Source: Methanobacteriota archaeon (GTDB lineage Archaea; Thermoplasmatota; Thermoplasmata; SG8-5; JAGLSY01). Taken from it: DNA of 64,000 nucleotides. The notes beneath the pieces are model-generated. The model saw nothing but the letters and a program-made list of their open reading frames with translations, was not told the DNA's origin and did not search any database. This document shows positions 37,855 to 47,335 of the stretch, piece by piece. The stretch spans positions 128,001-192,000 of the forward strand of contig JAEHCO010000001.1 of assembly GCA_020697715.1 (NCBI GenBank). Reading direction: 5' to 3'. The translations under genes and the position numbers were made by a program. Position 1 is the stretch's first letter; every line of letters begins with the position of its first letter.

Positions 37855-38630
37855 AAGATATAGTGCCTGATCTCAAGGTCGAGCAGATAAAAAGGCTGGC
37901 GGCCAGCGGTGGTCGTTTAGATGGCAGAGGTCTTGATCAATTTCGTGATATCGAGATACAGAGAGATGTTCTGGGTAGCGCGGAAGGATCGGCCAGGATC
38001 AAACTTGGTAAAACTGAGCTCATTGTCGGCATAAAGGTCGGTATGGGGCAGCCATACAGCAATAAGCCAGATCATGGAATGTTGGCAACTAGTGTGGAGC
38101 TCAAGCCCATCGCCCACCACAGTTTTGATCAAAATATCACGAAGCCCATGTCCATCGAGATATCCAGAGTCGTCGATAGGGGAATTCGGGAAAGTGGCAT
38201 GATAGATCTGAAAAGTCTATGCCTGGAGTCTGGCAGAAAATGCTGGATGGTGAATCTCGATATCATGGTATTGAATTTTGATGGTAATCTGATAGATGCT
38301 TCCACGATCGGAAGTTTGGTGGCGCTTTCCGGTACTACAGTTCCGGCATCGCTATTTGATTTGGGCGAGGATTTCCCACTGCCGATAGGAAATATGCCGA
38401 TTTCGACCACATTTGTCAAGATCGGGGAGCATATTTTGATCGACCCAACAGGCACTGAAGAGGCTGTGGCCGATGCCCGTTTGACCATCACGACGGATGC
38501 CTCGGGTGACATGCGTGCTATGCAGAAAGGTTTAAGTGGGGCTCTTTATTACGAGGACGTTACCAAAGCTATAGAACACTCCATAAAAACAGGTAAGAAC
38601 ATAAGGGAAATCATCCAAAGGAGAGATTAA
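37851..38630 (+). CDS. rrp42: Exosome complex component Rrp42
   Basis: RLDGRGLDQFR, AEGSA, RVVDRGIRES, DGNLIDA, DPT..EE. Confidence 0.93.
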   Translation: MKDIVPDLKVEQIKRLAASGGRLDGRGLDQFRDIEIQRDVLGSAEGSARIKLGKTELIVGIKVGMGQPYSNKPDHGMLATSVELKPIAHHSFDQNITKPMSIEISRVVDRGIRESGMIDLKSLCLESGRKCWMVNLDIMVLNFDGNLIDASTIGSLVALSGTTVPASLFDLGEDFPLPIGNMPISTTFVKIGEHILIDPTGTEEAVADARLTITTDASGDMRAMQKGLSGALYYEDVTKAIEHSIKTGKNIREIIQRRD

Positions 38631-38632
38631 AA

Positions 38633-39037
38633 ATGGCAAGGCGAACCAAGAAAGTTGGAATCACAGGCAAGTTTGGACCCAGATACGGTGTCACAGTTCG
38701 AAAGAAGATAAAGGAAGTCAGCAAAGCAAGGCAGACCCCTCAGAAATGTCCAGAGTGCCAACACTCTGCAGTCAAGAGGGAGAGCAGTGGTATTTGGATA
38801 TGCAATCACTGCGGTCTTAAATTTGCGGCATCGGCCTACTCTATAAGAACCAGAGAATTCAAGAAGGAACAGGCAACTATGCTGGAATATGAAGAACTGA
38901 GCCCGGATGAGATACCGAACACAAAAGAACCAGAGGTTGTAAGTGAGCCTGAAGTGGTAGAAGAAGAACTTGTCCCGGAAGAGATAGTTCCTGAAGAAAT
39001 AGTCCCTGAAGAGATGGAAACAGAAGAGGTGGAGTAG
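38633..39037 (+). CDS. rpl37ae: 50S ribosomal protein eL43 (L37Ae) with an acidic repeat C-terminal tail
   Basis: TKKVGITGKFGPRYG, CPEC..VKR..SGIW.C.HCG. Confidence 0.95.
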   Translation: MARRTKKVGITGKFGPRYGVTVRKKIKEVSKARQTPQKCPECQHSAVKRESSGIWICNHCGLKFAASAYSIRTREFKKEQATMLEYEELSPDEIPNTKEPEVVSEPEVVEEELVPEEIVPEEIVPEEMETEEVE

Positions 39038-39094
39038 AATGCGAGAGCGAAGCGATTGTATTCTAAAGCACGAAATGAAATGGAGTGATTAAAT

Positions 39095-39229
39095 ATGTAC
39101 AGATGTGGGAAGTGCAAGAATCAGATCAGGGGAGATACTAACATCGTTGGTATCCAGTGTACGAATTGCGGTTCAAAGATATTCTACAAAGAGAGACCGA
39201 ACGTGAAGAAATCAATACAGGCGAGATGA
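39095..39229 (+). CDS. rpoP: DNA-directed RNA polymerase subunit P (Rpo12), 44 aa; missing from the ORF track
   Basis: MYRCGKCKNQIRGDTNIVGIQCTNCGSKIFYKERPNVKKSIQAR; canonical position after eL43. Confidence 0.93.
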   Translation: MYRCGKCKNQIRGDTNIVGIQCTNCGSKIFYKERPNVKKSIQAR

Positions 39230-39233
39230 TACA

Positions 39234-39665
39234 TTGCCTGTAAAGAACTTCGAGATGGTCACTATAGATGCCAGACGTTTTTCAAAGTCTGGCGAGAAAC
39301 ATACCAATATCAGAATAGATCATAATAGCTCGATCACCCAGATAGTGGAGATCAATGACAAGGAAGCCAGCATCGACTATCGCTTCACTGCCAATTACAC
39401 TGGTATCGGCGTCATAAAGATCGAAGGCAGAATAGTTTTTGAGGGTGAGGCGGCCGAGATAGCGCATATGTGGGCCACCGAGCACAAGATGCCCGATGAT
39501 GTTGCCAATCAGATCCATGGTGCGATAATGAGCAATTGCTTGCCCGAAGCAGTGATCCTGGCAAGGGATATACGATTACCACCACCTATACCGATGCCAC
39601 AGGTGAAAGTGGGTGGCCAGCAGGAAAAGAAATCCCAGCCTTCAACTGGTATTGAAGTTGCTTAA
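39234..39665 (+). CDS. Conserved archaeal hypothetical protein (possibly SecB-like fold)
   Basis: TTG start 4 nt after rpoP; beta-strands then helices, ending LPPPIPMP. Confidence 0.7.
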   Translation: MPVKNFEMVTIDARRFSKSGEKHTNIRIDHNSSITQIVEINDKEASIDYRFTANYTGIGVIKIEGRIVFEGEAAEIAHMWATEHKMPDDVANQIHGAIMSNCLPEAVILARDIRLPPPIPMPQVKVGGQQEKKSQPSTGIEVA

Positions 39666-39696
39666 CTTCAAAGCTCTGCAGTGATATTGAAGTTGT

Positions 39697-40026
39697 TTAG
39701 GCAAGCTCATCTTTACTTTCAACAATCTCAAATTTCATATCTAAAGTGCTAATCAAAGTGAGGCCTGCAAGAATTATCAGGACAAATAAAAAGATAGAGA
39801 AATGATCCATATAGAATTCTATTCCAGGCCATATATACATGCCAAGCATCAGAGAAAAAGTGATTATTGATGTGATATGGACCATTCGAAATGGTACTTT
39901 TGCCCATATAAGATGTGTCCTACATTTCGGACATGGAGCTTCTTGTCTTATTCCAATAAGATTTGAGAATTCCCATCTCTCAACCCAGCTCATCCGATAG
40001 TCGCATGAAGGACATTCAAACACCAT
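39697..40026 (-). CDS. Small Zn-finger membrane protein
   Basis: CPSC...CPKC followed by two TM helices; AT-rich. Confidence 0.65.
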   Translation of the reverse strand: MVFECPSCDYRMSWVERWEFSNLIGIRQEAPCPKCRTHLIWAKVPFRMVHITSIITFSLMLGMYIWPGIEFYMDHFSIFLFVLIILAGLTLISTLDMKFEIVESKDELA

Positions 40027-40280
40027 TTTTCACTTCTCCTAATCATCTAATATCAATTAATAATCCATTTATGAGCTTATAAAGATTTCGAGAAATTTCC
40101 CATTAATTTATGAGCGGGTACTGGGAATACCCAAATAACTATTATATCAACATATTTATATTCAACATCCAATATACCGACTGAATACGGCCCAAAATTG
40201 ACATTCGGTATATAGTATAGTTACAGAATTTGATGAGCCAAACTCTGAAATGTCAAATTTGGGCAGGGATGGGATGTCCA

Positions 40281-43031
40281 ATGACACATAGTAATTCTAA
40301 TCGAAAGAAAGCAGTAGAGCAAGGGCTCTCTGAAAATCGCAAATGGCACGCTATTTCTACTGAAGAAATAATGTCTGCCCTGAAAACTGGAACCTCTGGC
40401 ATAAGTGAAAAAGAGTTGGAAGAGCGACGAGCTACTTATGGCTATAATGAAATGACTGGCAAGAAAAAAGATGGAATTCTTATATCCATCTTCCATCAAA
40501 TTCATTCACTTCTTATCTATATTCTATTATTATCGGCCGTGGTCACTGCACTTCTCGACCATTGGATCGACACCGCCGTTATATTGGCCGTGGTACTGGC
40601 CAATGTAATAATCGGACTCACACAGGAAAGAAAAGCAGGCAAGGCCATAGACGCCCTGGACAAGATGATCGTGTCAGAATGTACGGTCGTTCGTGATGGG
40701 CAGAGAAAAGTGATCCCATCCAAAGAGGTCGTTCCCGGAGATATCGTCCTCATGGAATCAGGGGATAAAGTACCAGCTGATATAAGGCTGGTATATTCCA
40801 AAGGCCTGCAGATCGATGAGGCCATGCTTACAGGAGAATCCGTACCCTCTGAAAAGATCACTGAAAACCTGGCAGACGATATATGCTCTGCCGGAGACAT
40901 GAAGAACATGGCCTTCGCCGGCACACTGGTCACCTATGGAAGAGGCAGAGGCGTCGTTGTGTCCACTGCCAATAATACTCAGATCAGCAGGATATCCGCG
41001 TGTATGAGGGAAGCTGAGGAAACCCAAACACCACTGCAGAGGAAGATATCGTCTTTCGCTGTTTATCTATCTGGAACTGTGGCCATCCTGGCAATATTGA
41101 CCTTTTTTGGTGGTCTTCTAGCTGGTCAAGAACCAGTCTTCATATTCCTTGCTTCAGTCTCGATCGCAGTCGCTGCGATACCTGAAGGATTGCCAGCCCT
41201 CGTGACCATCGCCCTGGCTCTCAGTGTAAGAAGGATGGCCGATGAAAAGGCCATTATCAGAAATCTACCCTCAGTGGAGACATTGGGAAGCACCACGATG
41301 ATATGCTCGGACAAGACCGGGACCCTTACAATGAACCAGATGACCGTGACCCGGATCTTCGCAGGCGATAAGAAATATGATGTCACTGGCCATGGTTATT
41401 CCATCAATGGGGAATTTCGCTCTGATGATGAGGTCATCATGCCAAAGGAACAGCCCGCACTTATGAGAACACTGATAGCTGGAGCTGTATGCAATGATGC
41501 ATCCCTGAAGGATGATAATGATATAATTGGTGATCCCACAGAAGGAGCTCTTCTTGTCTCTGCTGCCAAAGGCGATCTTTACCTTCATCTCCCAAGACTC
41601 GATGAGATACCATTCGAATCCGAGACCCAGTGCATGGCGACATTGGACAAGAAGGGCGATAAGAAAATTATATATCTAAAGGGGAGCACGGAGAAGATCA
41701 TCACAATGTGTAGCAAAGCCCTGTCCAGTGATGGAAATATTGTTGATATCGACAGAGAAATGATACAGGCACAGGCAAATGATATGGCCTCCTCCGCTCT
41801 CAGGGTTATCGCGATTGCTGAGAAAGAAATTAGCTCGGATCAAGAAACTATAGATACTAGTGATCTCAAAGACCTTGTTTTCCTCGGATTGCAGGGTATG
41901 ATCGATCCACCAAGGCCAGAGGCCATCGAGGCCATCAAACGTTGCCAGGGAGCCAGCATAAGGGTGGTGATGATAACTGGAGATCATGCGGTCACAGCAG
42001 GAGCGATAGCGGCCAAGCTGGGTATCGCACAGAAGGGTATCAAGATCGTGACTGGAAACATGCTGGAAGCAATGGATGATGATGAACTCTATGATATCGT
42101 CGAGCATCAGCCAGTATATGCACGCGCTTCACCCATACACAAATACAGGATAGTTCAGCAATTGCAGAAGCATAATGAAGTCATCGCAGTTACGGGAGAT
42201 GGTGTGAATGACGCACCTGCATTGAAGGCAGCGGACATCGGCATATCAATGGGGATCATGGGAACCGATGTTACCAAAGAAGCATCGGACATGATACTGG
42301 CTGATGATAATTTCGCCACTATCGTGAATGCTGTGGAGGAAGGAAGGCATATGTACAATAATCTTCAGAAGATGCTCACTTTCTTAATTCCTACAAGCAT
42401 CGGGCAGGCCTCGGTGATAACCATAGCGATCCTCGCAGGTCTTGTCATCCCCCTCATGCCAGTTCATGTTCTATGGGTCAATCTAGTTACCTCGGTGACG
42501 TGTACTCTTCCACTTGCACTAGAGGGGAAGGAAAAAGGCATATTGCAACGTCCACCAAGGGATCCAAAGGCTCCACTTATCAGCAATCGTATGCTGGCTC
42601 GTGTGATCATGGTGTCCTCGATCATGATGCTGGGTGCTTTCATATCTTTCTATTCTGCCTTGAACTCCGGTGCTAGTGAGATGGAGGCCAGGACAGTGGC
42701 CATGACCTCGATAGTCATGATGGAAGTCATTTACATATTCTCATCGCGCTCATTCACCATACCTGCATTGAGCAAGAATTTCTTCAGCAACAGATCGATA
42801 TTCATTGGAGCTGGATTGACTATCCTACTTCAACTCGGTGTCGTGTACATTCCAGTGGTCAATTCCCTCTTCAAGACCGCACCTATCTCCATGGAGGGAT
42901 GGATGCCCATATTGGCAGCAGCCGGAGCATTGTTCACATTTGTTGAATTGGAGAAGATAGTGATGAGAAAATATAATACATATGCACATAATCACAAGCA
43001 TACGCAAGAACCTGATGTTAGCAAGGTATGA
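40281..43031 (+). CDS. Cation-transporting P-type ATPase (type IIA, Ca2+/Mn2+-like)
   Basis: LTGES, IPEGLP, CSDKTGTLT, GDPTE, MITGD, TGDGVNDAPALK; start uncertain (40230-40281). Confidence 0.93.
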   Translation: MTHSNSNRKKAVEQGLSENRKWHAISTEEIMSALKTGTSGISEKELEERRATYGYNEMTGKKKDGILISIFHQIHSLLIYILLLSAVVTALLDHWIDTAVILAVVLANVIIGLTQERKAGKAIDALDKMIVSECTVVRDGQRKVIPSKEVVPGDIVLMESGDKVPADIRLVYSKGLQIDEAMLTGESVPSEKITENLADDICSAGDMKNMAFAGTLVTYGRGRGVVVSTANNTQISRISACMREAEETQTPLQRKISSFAVYLSGTVAILAILTFFGGLLAGQEPVFIFLASVSIAVAAIPEGLPALVTIALALSVRRMADEKAIIRNLPSVETLGSTTMICSDKTGTLTMNQMTVTRIFAGDKKYDVTGHGYSINGEFRSDDEVIMPKEQPALMRTLIAGAVCNDASLKDDNDIIGDPTEGALLVSAAKGDLYLHLPRLDEIPFESETQCMATLDKKGDKKIIYLKGSTEKIITMCSKALSSDGNIVDIDREMIQAQANDMASSALRVIAIAEKEISSDQETIDTSDLKDLVFLGLQGMIDPPRPEAIEAIKRCQGASIRVVMITGDHAVTAGAIAAKLGIAQKGIKIVTGNMLEAMDDDELYDIVEHQPVYARASPIHKYRIVQQLQKHNEVIAVTGDGVNDAPALKAADIGISMGIMGTDVTKEASDMILADDNFATIVNAVEEGRHMYNNLQKMLTFLIPTSIGQASVITIAILAGLVIPLMPVHVLWVNLVTSVTCTLPLALEGKEKGILQRPPRDPKAPLISNRMLARVIMVSSIMMLGAFISFYSALNSGASEMEARTVAMTSIVMMEVIYIFSSRSFTIPALSKNFFSNRSIFIGAGLTILLQLGVVYIPVVNSLFKTAPISMEGWMPILAAAGALFTFVELEKIVMRKYNTYAHNHKHTQEPDVSKV

Positions 43032-43092
43032 TGAGGTAATTCATGAACAGGAGCAATGGTGAATTGACAAAGATCAAGCAAGGTGCCTGAAA

Positions 43093-43605
43093 ATGTTGAA
43101 TCATTTCGTGAGAGGGATCATAGATGGACTTTTGTCCACTTTGGGTGTGGTGATAGGAGCTTCAGCCGCAGATAATGCGATAATCCTATCTGCTGGTATT
43201 GGTGGAGCAGTTGCGAATGGTGTGTCCAATTTCCTTGGTGCGTTCTCATCAGAAGAATACAAAAGCCAGCTACAGATACAGAAACTGGAAAATGCAATGT
43301 TGAGCAAGAGCATTGAGAACAGCCAGATTGGAAAAAGCATGAAAAAAGAGAGGATAAAAGCCGGATTCCTGGATGGGAGTTCCACGATAATAGGTGGCTT
43401 CATCCCCGTTATGCCATTCATCCTATTGGACCATGGGGAAGCCATACTTTGGTCCGTATTGTGTACTGTTCTCACCCTATTCGTCCTTGGTGCGTACATT
43501 GGAAAGGTATCGAAAAAATGGATATTGTTCTCTGGACTGAAATTGATGATCCTTGGAGTTCTAACAGCCTTGCTGGTGCATTTGATCCAACACTATCTGG
43601 TGTGA
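43093..43605 (+). CDS. VIT1/CCC1 family transporter
   Basis: RGIIDGLLSTLGVVIG, GGFIPVMPF, LFVLGAYIGK. Confidence 0.85.
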   Translation: MLNHFVRGIIDGLLSTLGVVIGASAADNAIILSAGIGGAVANGVSNFLGAFSSEEYKSQLQIQKLENAMLSKSIENSQIGKSMKKERIKAGFLDGSSTIIGGFIPVMPFILLDHGEAILWSVLCTVLTLFVLGAYIGKVSKKWILFSGLKLMILGVLTALLVHLIQHYLV

Positions 43606-43667
43606 TCACTGTATTAGGGATTCAAAAACTCATGAATATATTTATTATGATCCAATAGTGGAAAACA

Positions 43668-45422
43668 TCACTTCTTCTTTGGTGGTGGTGATGTCTTGGC
43701 CTTCTGCGCCCTCTTCTCCAGAGGTGTCAATTCTCTTTTGGCTGAAGTTTTTGTTTTTGCAGTGGTCTTAACAACTGGTTTGGAAACAGGCTTGGAAACA
43801 GGCTTTTCAGATCTGGCAGGTGGTGGAGGCGGGGTCTTCTTTATGGGTTTGGATACAGGACTGGATGCTGTTTTCTTGACAGGTGTTGATGGTGGATGCA
43901 CTCTCACAACATCACCCTTGGGTTTCGCTTTCCTGGTCTCCTTCCACTTTTCCACATGCTCCTTGCCCTTGACATCCACTCCGGATGAGTGTTTCTTATA
44001 CATACGGGATTTTTCTGTCCAGTCTGTTTTTGGTTCGACCTCTACTTCATCTTCCTCATTCTTTGATTTTGATCTTTCGATGATGAATATCCCGATGGTC
44101 GTGGCAATAACAGTTATTACAATGAGCATGAAGGCCATATTGAGAAATAGATCCTCATACATGTATATGGATGAATAATAGGTCGTCCATTGATCCACTG
44201 GCAAGGGAGTTCCGGCAGGGGTCAATGATTCCTTGAACTCCGGTATTGTGAAGGGAAGAGCAGCTAAAACTGCTGCTGCCAGACCTCTTGGTATCATCGC
44301 ATACAGGAAGGATTTATCCTCTTTGATCTCCTTCTTTATGGTGGTGGTAACTGTCGCGCCTATGTATCGGACCAGGAACAGTCCCAGGAACACCACAGCC
44401 AGGGCGATGATGAACATGTACATTCCCACACCCCATATCCACTCCGGTATGATCAGGTCAACTGGATATTGAGGTAAGAAAGCTAGATCCGCGAAGTCAA
44501 GGCTCAGTGTGAAAGTAAGTCCAAGGTAGACGAAGAAAAAGGTCCTGATAACAAATGATACCTCTGAATGGAATTCCTTTATCTGGTCATCGAACACGAA
44601 GTCCACATTGAGCTTGAACATCCTCTTGAACTCATCCTTATTACTGAGCACTAGACCGAACACGAGAGCCGCTATAGCCCCACTGACATGGATGTATTCA
44701 ACGGCCGAATAAAGTATCAATAAGGCCGCGATGGTTATCATGAAGGAGAAAGGCTTCCCATGTACTTTTTTGAGTATCAGGAGCCAGGCCAGACCGAATA
44801 ATAAACCTATGAAACCAGCGAGTATGAAGGTACTCAGAAGGTCCTGTATCACATCACCAGCATTGGTCGCACCTCCCTTCAATATCTCGATAAGGATAAG
44901 GGCGGTCACTATGCATAGAACATCAGACAAGACCGATTCGAGAGACAGTATGGTTTTCGTATCCTCTTTGGCATTGACCCCCGCCATGATGGGAAGGACT
45001 ACCGCACTGCTTATTCCCCCGATCACACAGCCAAGAAGAAGACCGATCATGATGTCAGTTATGCCCAGCACGAAATAGCATATGATGGCCGTTGCGAACA
45101 TAGTGCCCATGAAACCTATGCCCGTGTGTAGGATCGTTATACCCAACTGGCTCATGACCTTGTCCAGGTTGAGATTCAATCCACCATCGAAAAGTATGAT
45201 CACAAGTGCTAGAGCGGCGAAATACGGGGCTATGGTGATCAAGTATGATTCGGGTATTAACTCCACATTATAACTCATCAGTATGGGTCCAAGGAACAAT
45301 CCAATGAATATCAAAATAAGAATATCTGGCACTTTTGTTCTTTCAAATAGCAGGGAACCTAAGAATCCTATACAGATTATTGCGCCGATACCTGCAAATG
45401 CAACTAAAACATTAAGAGCCAT
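43668..45422 (-). CDS. Cation:proton antiporter (CPA1/NhaP-like) with a basic C-terminal tail
   Basis: ILFDGGL, SSAVVLP, LSLESVLSD, FFFVYLG, PRGLAAAVLA. Confidence 0.88.
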   Translation of the reverse strand: MALNVLVAFAGIGAIICIGFLGSLLFERTKVPDILILIFIGLFLGPILMSYNVELIPESYLITIAPYFAALALVIILFDGGLNLNLDKVMSQLGITILHTGIGFMGTMFATAIICYFVLGITDIMIGLLLGCVIGGISSAVVLPIMAGVNAKEDTKTILSLESVLSDVLCIVTALILIEILKGGATNAGDVIQDLLSTFILAGFIGLLFGLAWLLILKKVHGKPFSFMITIAALLILYSAVEYIHVSGAIAALVFGLVLSNKDEFKRMFKLNVDFVFDDQIKEFHSEVSFVIRTFFFVYLGLTFTLSLDFADLAFLPQYPVDLIIPEWIWGVGMYMFIIALAVVFLGLFLVRYIGATVTTTIKKEIKEDKSFLYAMIPRGLAAAVLAALPFTIPEFKESLTPAGTPLPVDQWTTYYSSIYMYEDLFLNMAFMLIVITVIATTIGIFIIERSKSKNEEDEVEVEPKTDWTEKSRMYKKHSSGVDVKGKEHVEKWKETRKAKPKGDVVRVHPPSTPVKKTASSPVSKPIKKTPPPPPARSEKPVSKPVSKPVVKTTAKTKTSAKRELTPLEKRAQKAKTSPPPKKK

Positions 45423-45521
45423 ATTCTTCCATTTTCGGAATAGTTCCCAGGTTATTTATACCTTATGTACGAACTTATGTACAATTGCATGTAAATATCT
45501 ATGATCGAATGAGATAGGTGA

Positions 45522-46349
45522 TCATTCATCATCGGCCATATCGTATAATCTGGCCAGTGCTTTCAGCATATCACCGCGCGTTTCCTTTATAGTTGGTCTA
45601 AACTGCCGAGCTACATCCAGTTCCGAAAGGTCAACATTTACTTCGATAATGTCTTCCTCGAACAATGGGCCTTTCGCTAGTACATTTCCTCTTGGTCCGA
45701 TCAGAGCATCGCCACCCCAGAAGACCATGTTCTTTTCAGTGCCCACCAGATTGGTGTAGGCAAAGAATATCGTATTCTCAATGGCTCGAGCTTCCATGAT
45801 CTTTTCGAAGAACTCGCGTGTGGCCGAGGGAGATGCGGATATACAGACCACCATATCCGCTCCTTTGAGAGCATAGTATTTGGTCAGCTCGGGGAAGAAG
45901 ATATCGAAACAAATGATGATGGCCACCTTGCCCACGGGTGTATTGAAAATGGGATATACTGGCCCTCCGGATGCGAAGTATGTCTCTTCCTCAAAGGGTC
46001 CGAAATTCACAAGGTGGGTCTTCCTTGTCATTGATACTGAACCATCAGGCAGAGCGATCAGGGCGGAATTGTACAGGATGCCCTGTTTTTCCATGTCGCG
46101 TTCCGGCATACCGACGATTATGGCTTTTTGCCTATCACTGGCCATTTGAGATATTGCTTTGACAGATGGCCCTTCGATGGTCTCGGAAAGGGTCATGACA
46201 TGATCCTTGATGGTGTATCCGGTCAGGAACATCTCGGGGAAGATCACAAGTTCTGCCTCGGTATTATTCAGAACTTCCTTTATTTTATTCAAATTGGCTT
46301 CCTTGTCACCCAGTTCCGGCCTTATTTGTGCCAGTGCTATCTTCTTCAT
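45522..46349 (-). CDS. Carbon-nitrogen hydrolase (nitrilase family)
   Basis: FPEMF, YNSA, RKTHL, ICFDIFFPE (E-K-C triad), ARAIEN. Confidence 0.9.
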   Translation of the reverse strand: MKKIALAQIRPELGDKEANLNKIKEVLNNTEAELVIFPEMFLTGYTIKDHVMTLSETIEGPSVKAISQMASDRQKAIIVGMPERDMEKQGILYNSALIALPDGSVSMTRKTHLVNFGPFEEETYFASGGPVYPIFNTPVGKVAIIICFDIFFPELTKYYALKGADMVVCISASPSATREFFEKIMEARAIENTIFFAYTNLVGTEKNMVFWGGDALIGPRGNVLAKGPLFEEDIIEVNVDLSELDVARQFRPTIKETRGDMLKALARLYDMADDE

Positions 46350-47302
46350 GAGTCTAGTAATGCGATTTTCTTTATTATATCTTTGTCGATCTCGCCTCGC
46401 TCTCTGACCTTGACAGCATCCAGAAGCGCATTGTTGAACTTCGCCTCAATGCCCTTTTCCTGGCCCATACGGACTATTACGCCATTTATGTGGTCGATCT
46501 CCGTCCTCCGGGTCGCCTCGACATCCTGGAGCATGCTGGACCTGTTCTTCGCGGTCCTGCGGGCGATGTCCAAGGTCATATCGATAGTTCGATCCCTGAT
46601 AAGTTCCATGCCGATGGAATTAGCCACACTCACACCCTCAGATACGATCTTTTTCACCAGATCGACAAGCCCAGGATCTTCCAAAATAGCTCCATTGGGT
46701 TCTCCCAGCAATGCGGTGATGGGATTGATGGCTGAATTGACGATGGTCTTTGACCATATCTCCTTCCCGATATTCTCGGAAATTGAGGTGATTATCCCAC
46801 TGGCCGTGAAGATATCGGCCACTTTTTGTATATTTTCATGATCATCACATGACAGGTGGCCGATCACGGTGTCTCCAATACCACCGTGCCTTATCATACC
46901 AGGATCCAGCCTCGTGGCCCCATGGCTGGTGATGCCGCCAATTATATGCGTGTCCGGGACATGATCCTGTATGGTCTCCACATTGCCCAAGCCGTTCTGA
47001 AAGGTCATTATCCGAGTATCCGGGCCGATCACAGGAAGGCATTGTTTTATGGCTTCCTCGGTGTCATAGGCCTTGACAGCCAGTATCACGATATCTGGAA
47101 GACTGGTCTTTTCAATGGTCTCGATATCCATGATACATTTTGGCCAGGCATGAAGCAATGTAGCTCCCTCGATCTTGAGACCATTATCACGCATGGTCTC
47201 AATGTGCCTGCCTCTTCCGACAAGAGTCACCTGATGATGCTGAGATAGCAAGCCCCCGAACAAACTGCCCAGAGCTCCAGCTCCCATTATCATTATGTTC
47301 AC
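46346..47302 (-). CDS. panE: 2-dehydropantoate 2-reductase
   Basis: GAGALG, AVKAYD, FQNGLG, WSK..VNSAINP, SSMLQD..TEIDHING. Confidence 0.92.
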   Translation of the reverse strand: MNIMIMGAGALGSLFGGLLSQHHQVTLVGRGRHIETMRDNGLKIEGATLLHAWPKCIMDIETIEKTSLPDIVILAVKAYDTEEAIKQCLPVIGPDTRIMTFQNGLGNVETIQDHVPDTHIIGGITSHGATRLDPGMIRHGGIGDTVIGHLSCDDHENIQKVADIFTASGIITSISENIGKEIWSKTIVNSAINPITALLGEPNGAILEDPGLVDLVKKIVSEGVSVANSIGMELIRDRTIDMTLDIARRTAKNRSSMLQDVEATRRTEIDHINGVIVRMGQEKGIEAKFNNALLDAVKVRERGEIDKDIIKKIALLDS

Positions 47303-47335
47303 TCGAAGGCCTCCATCGATATTGGCTCCTTTGAA

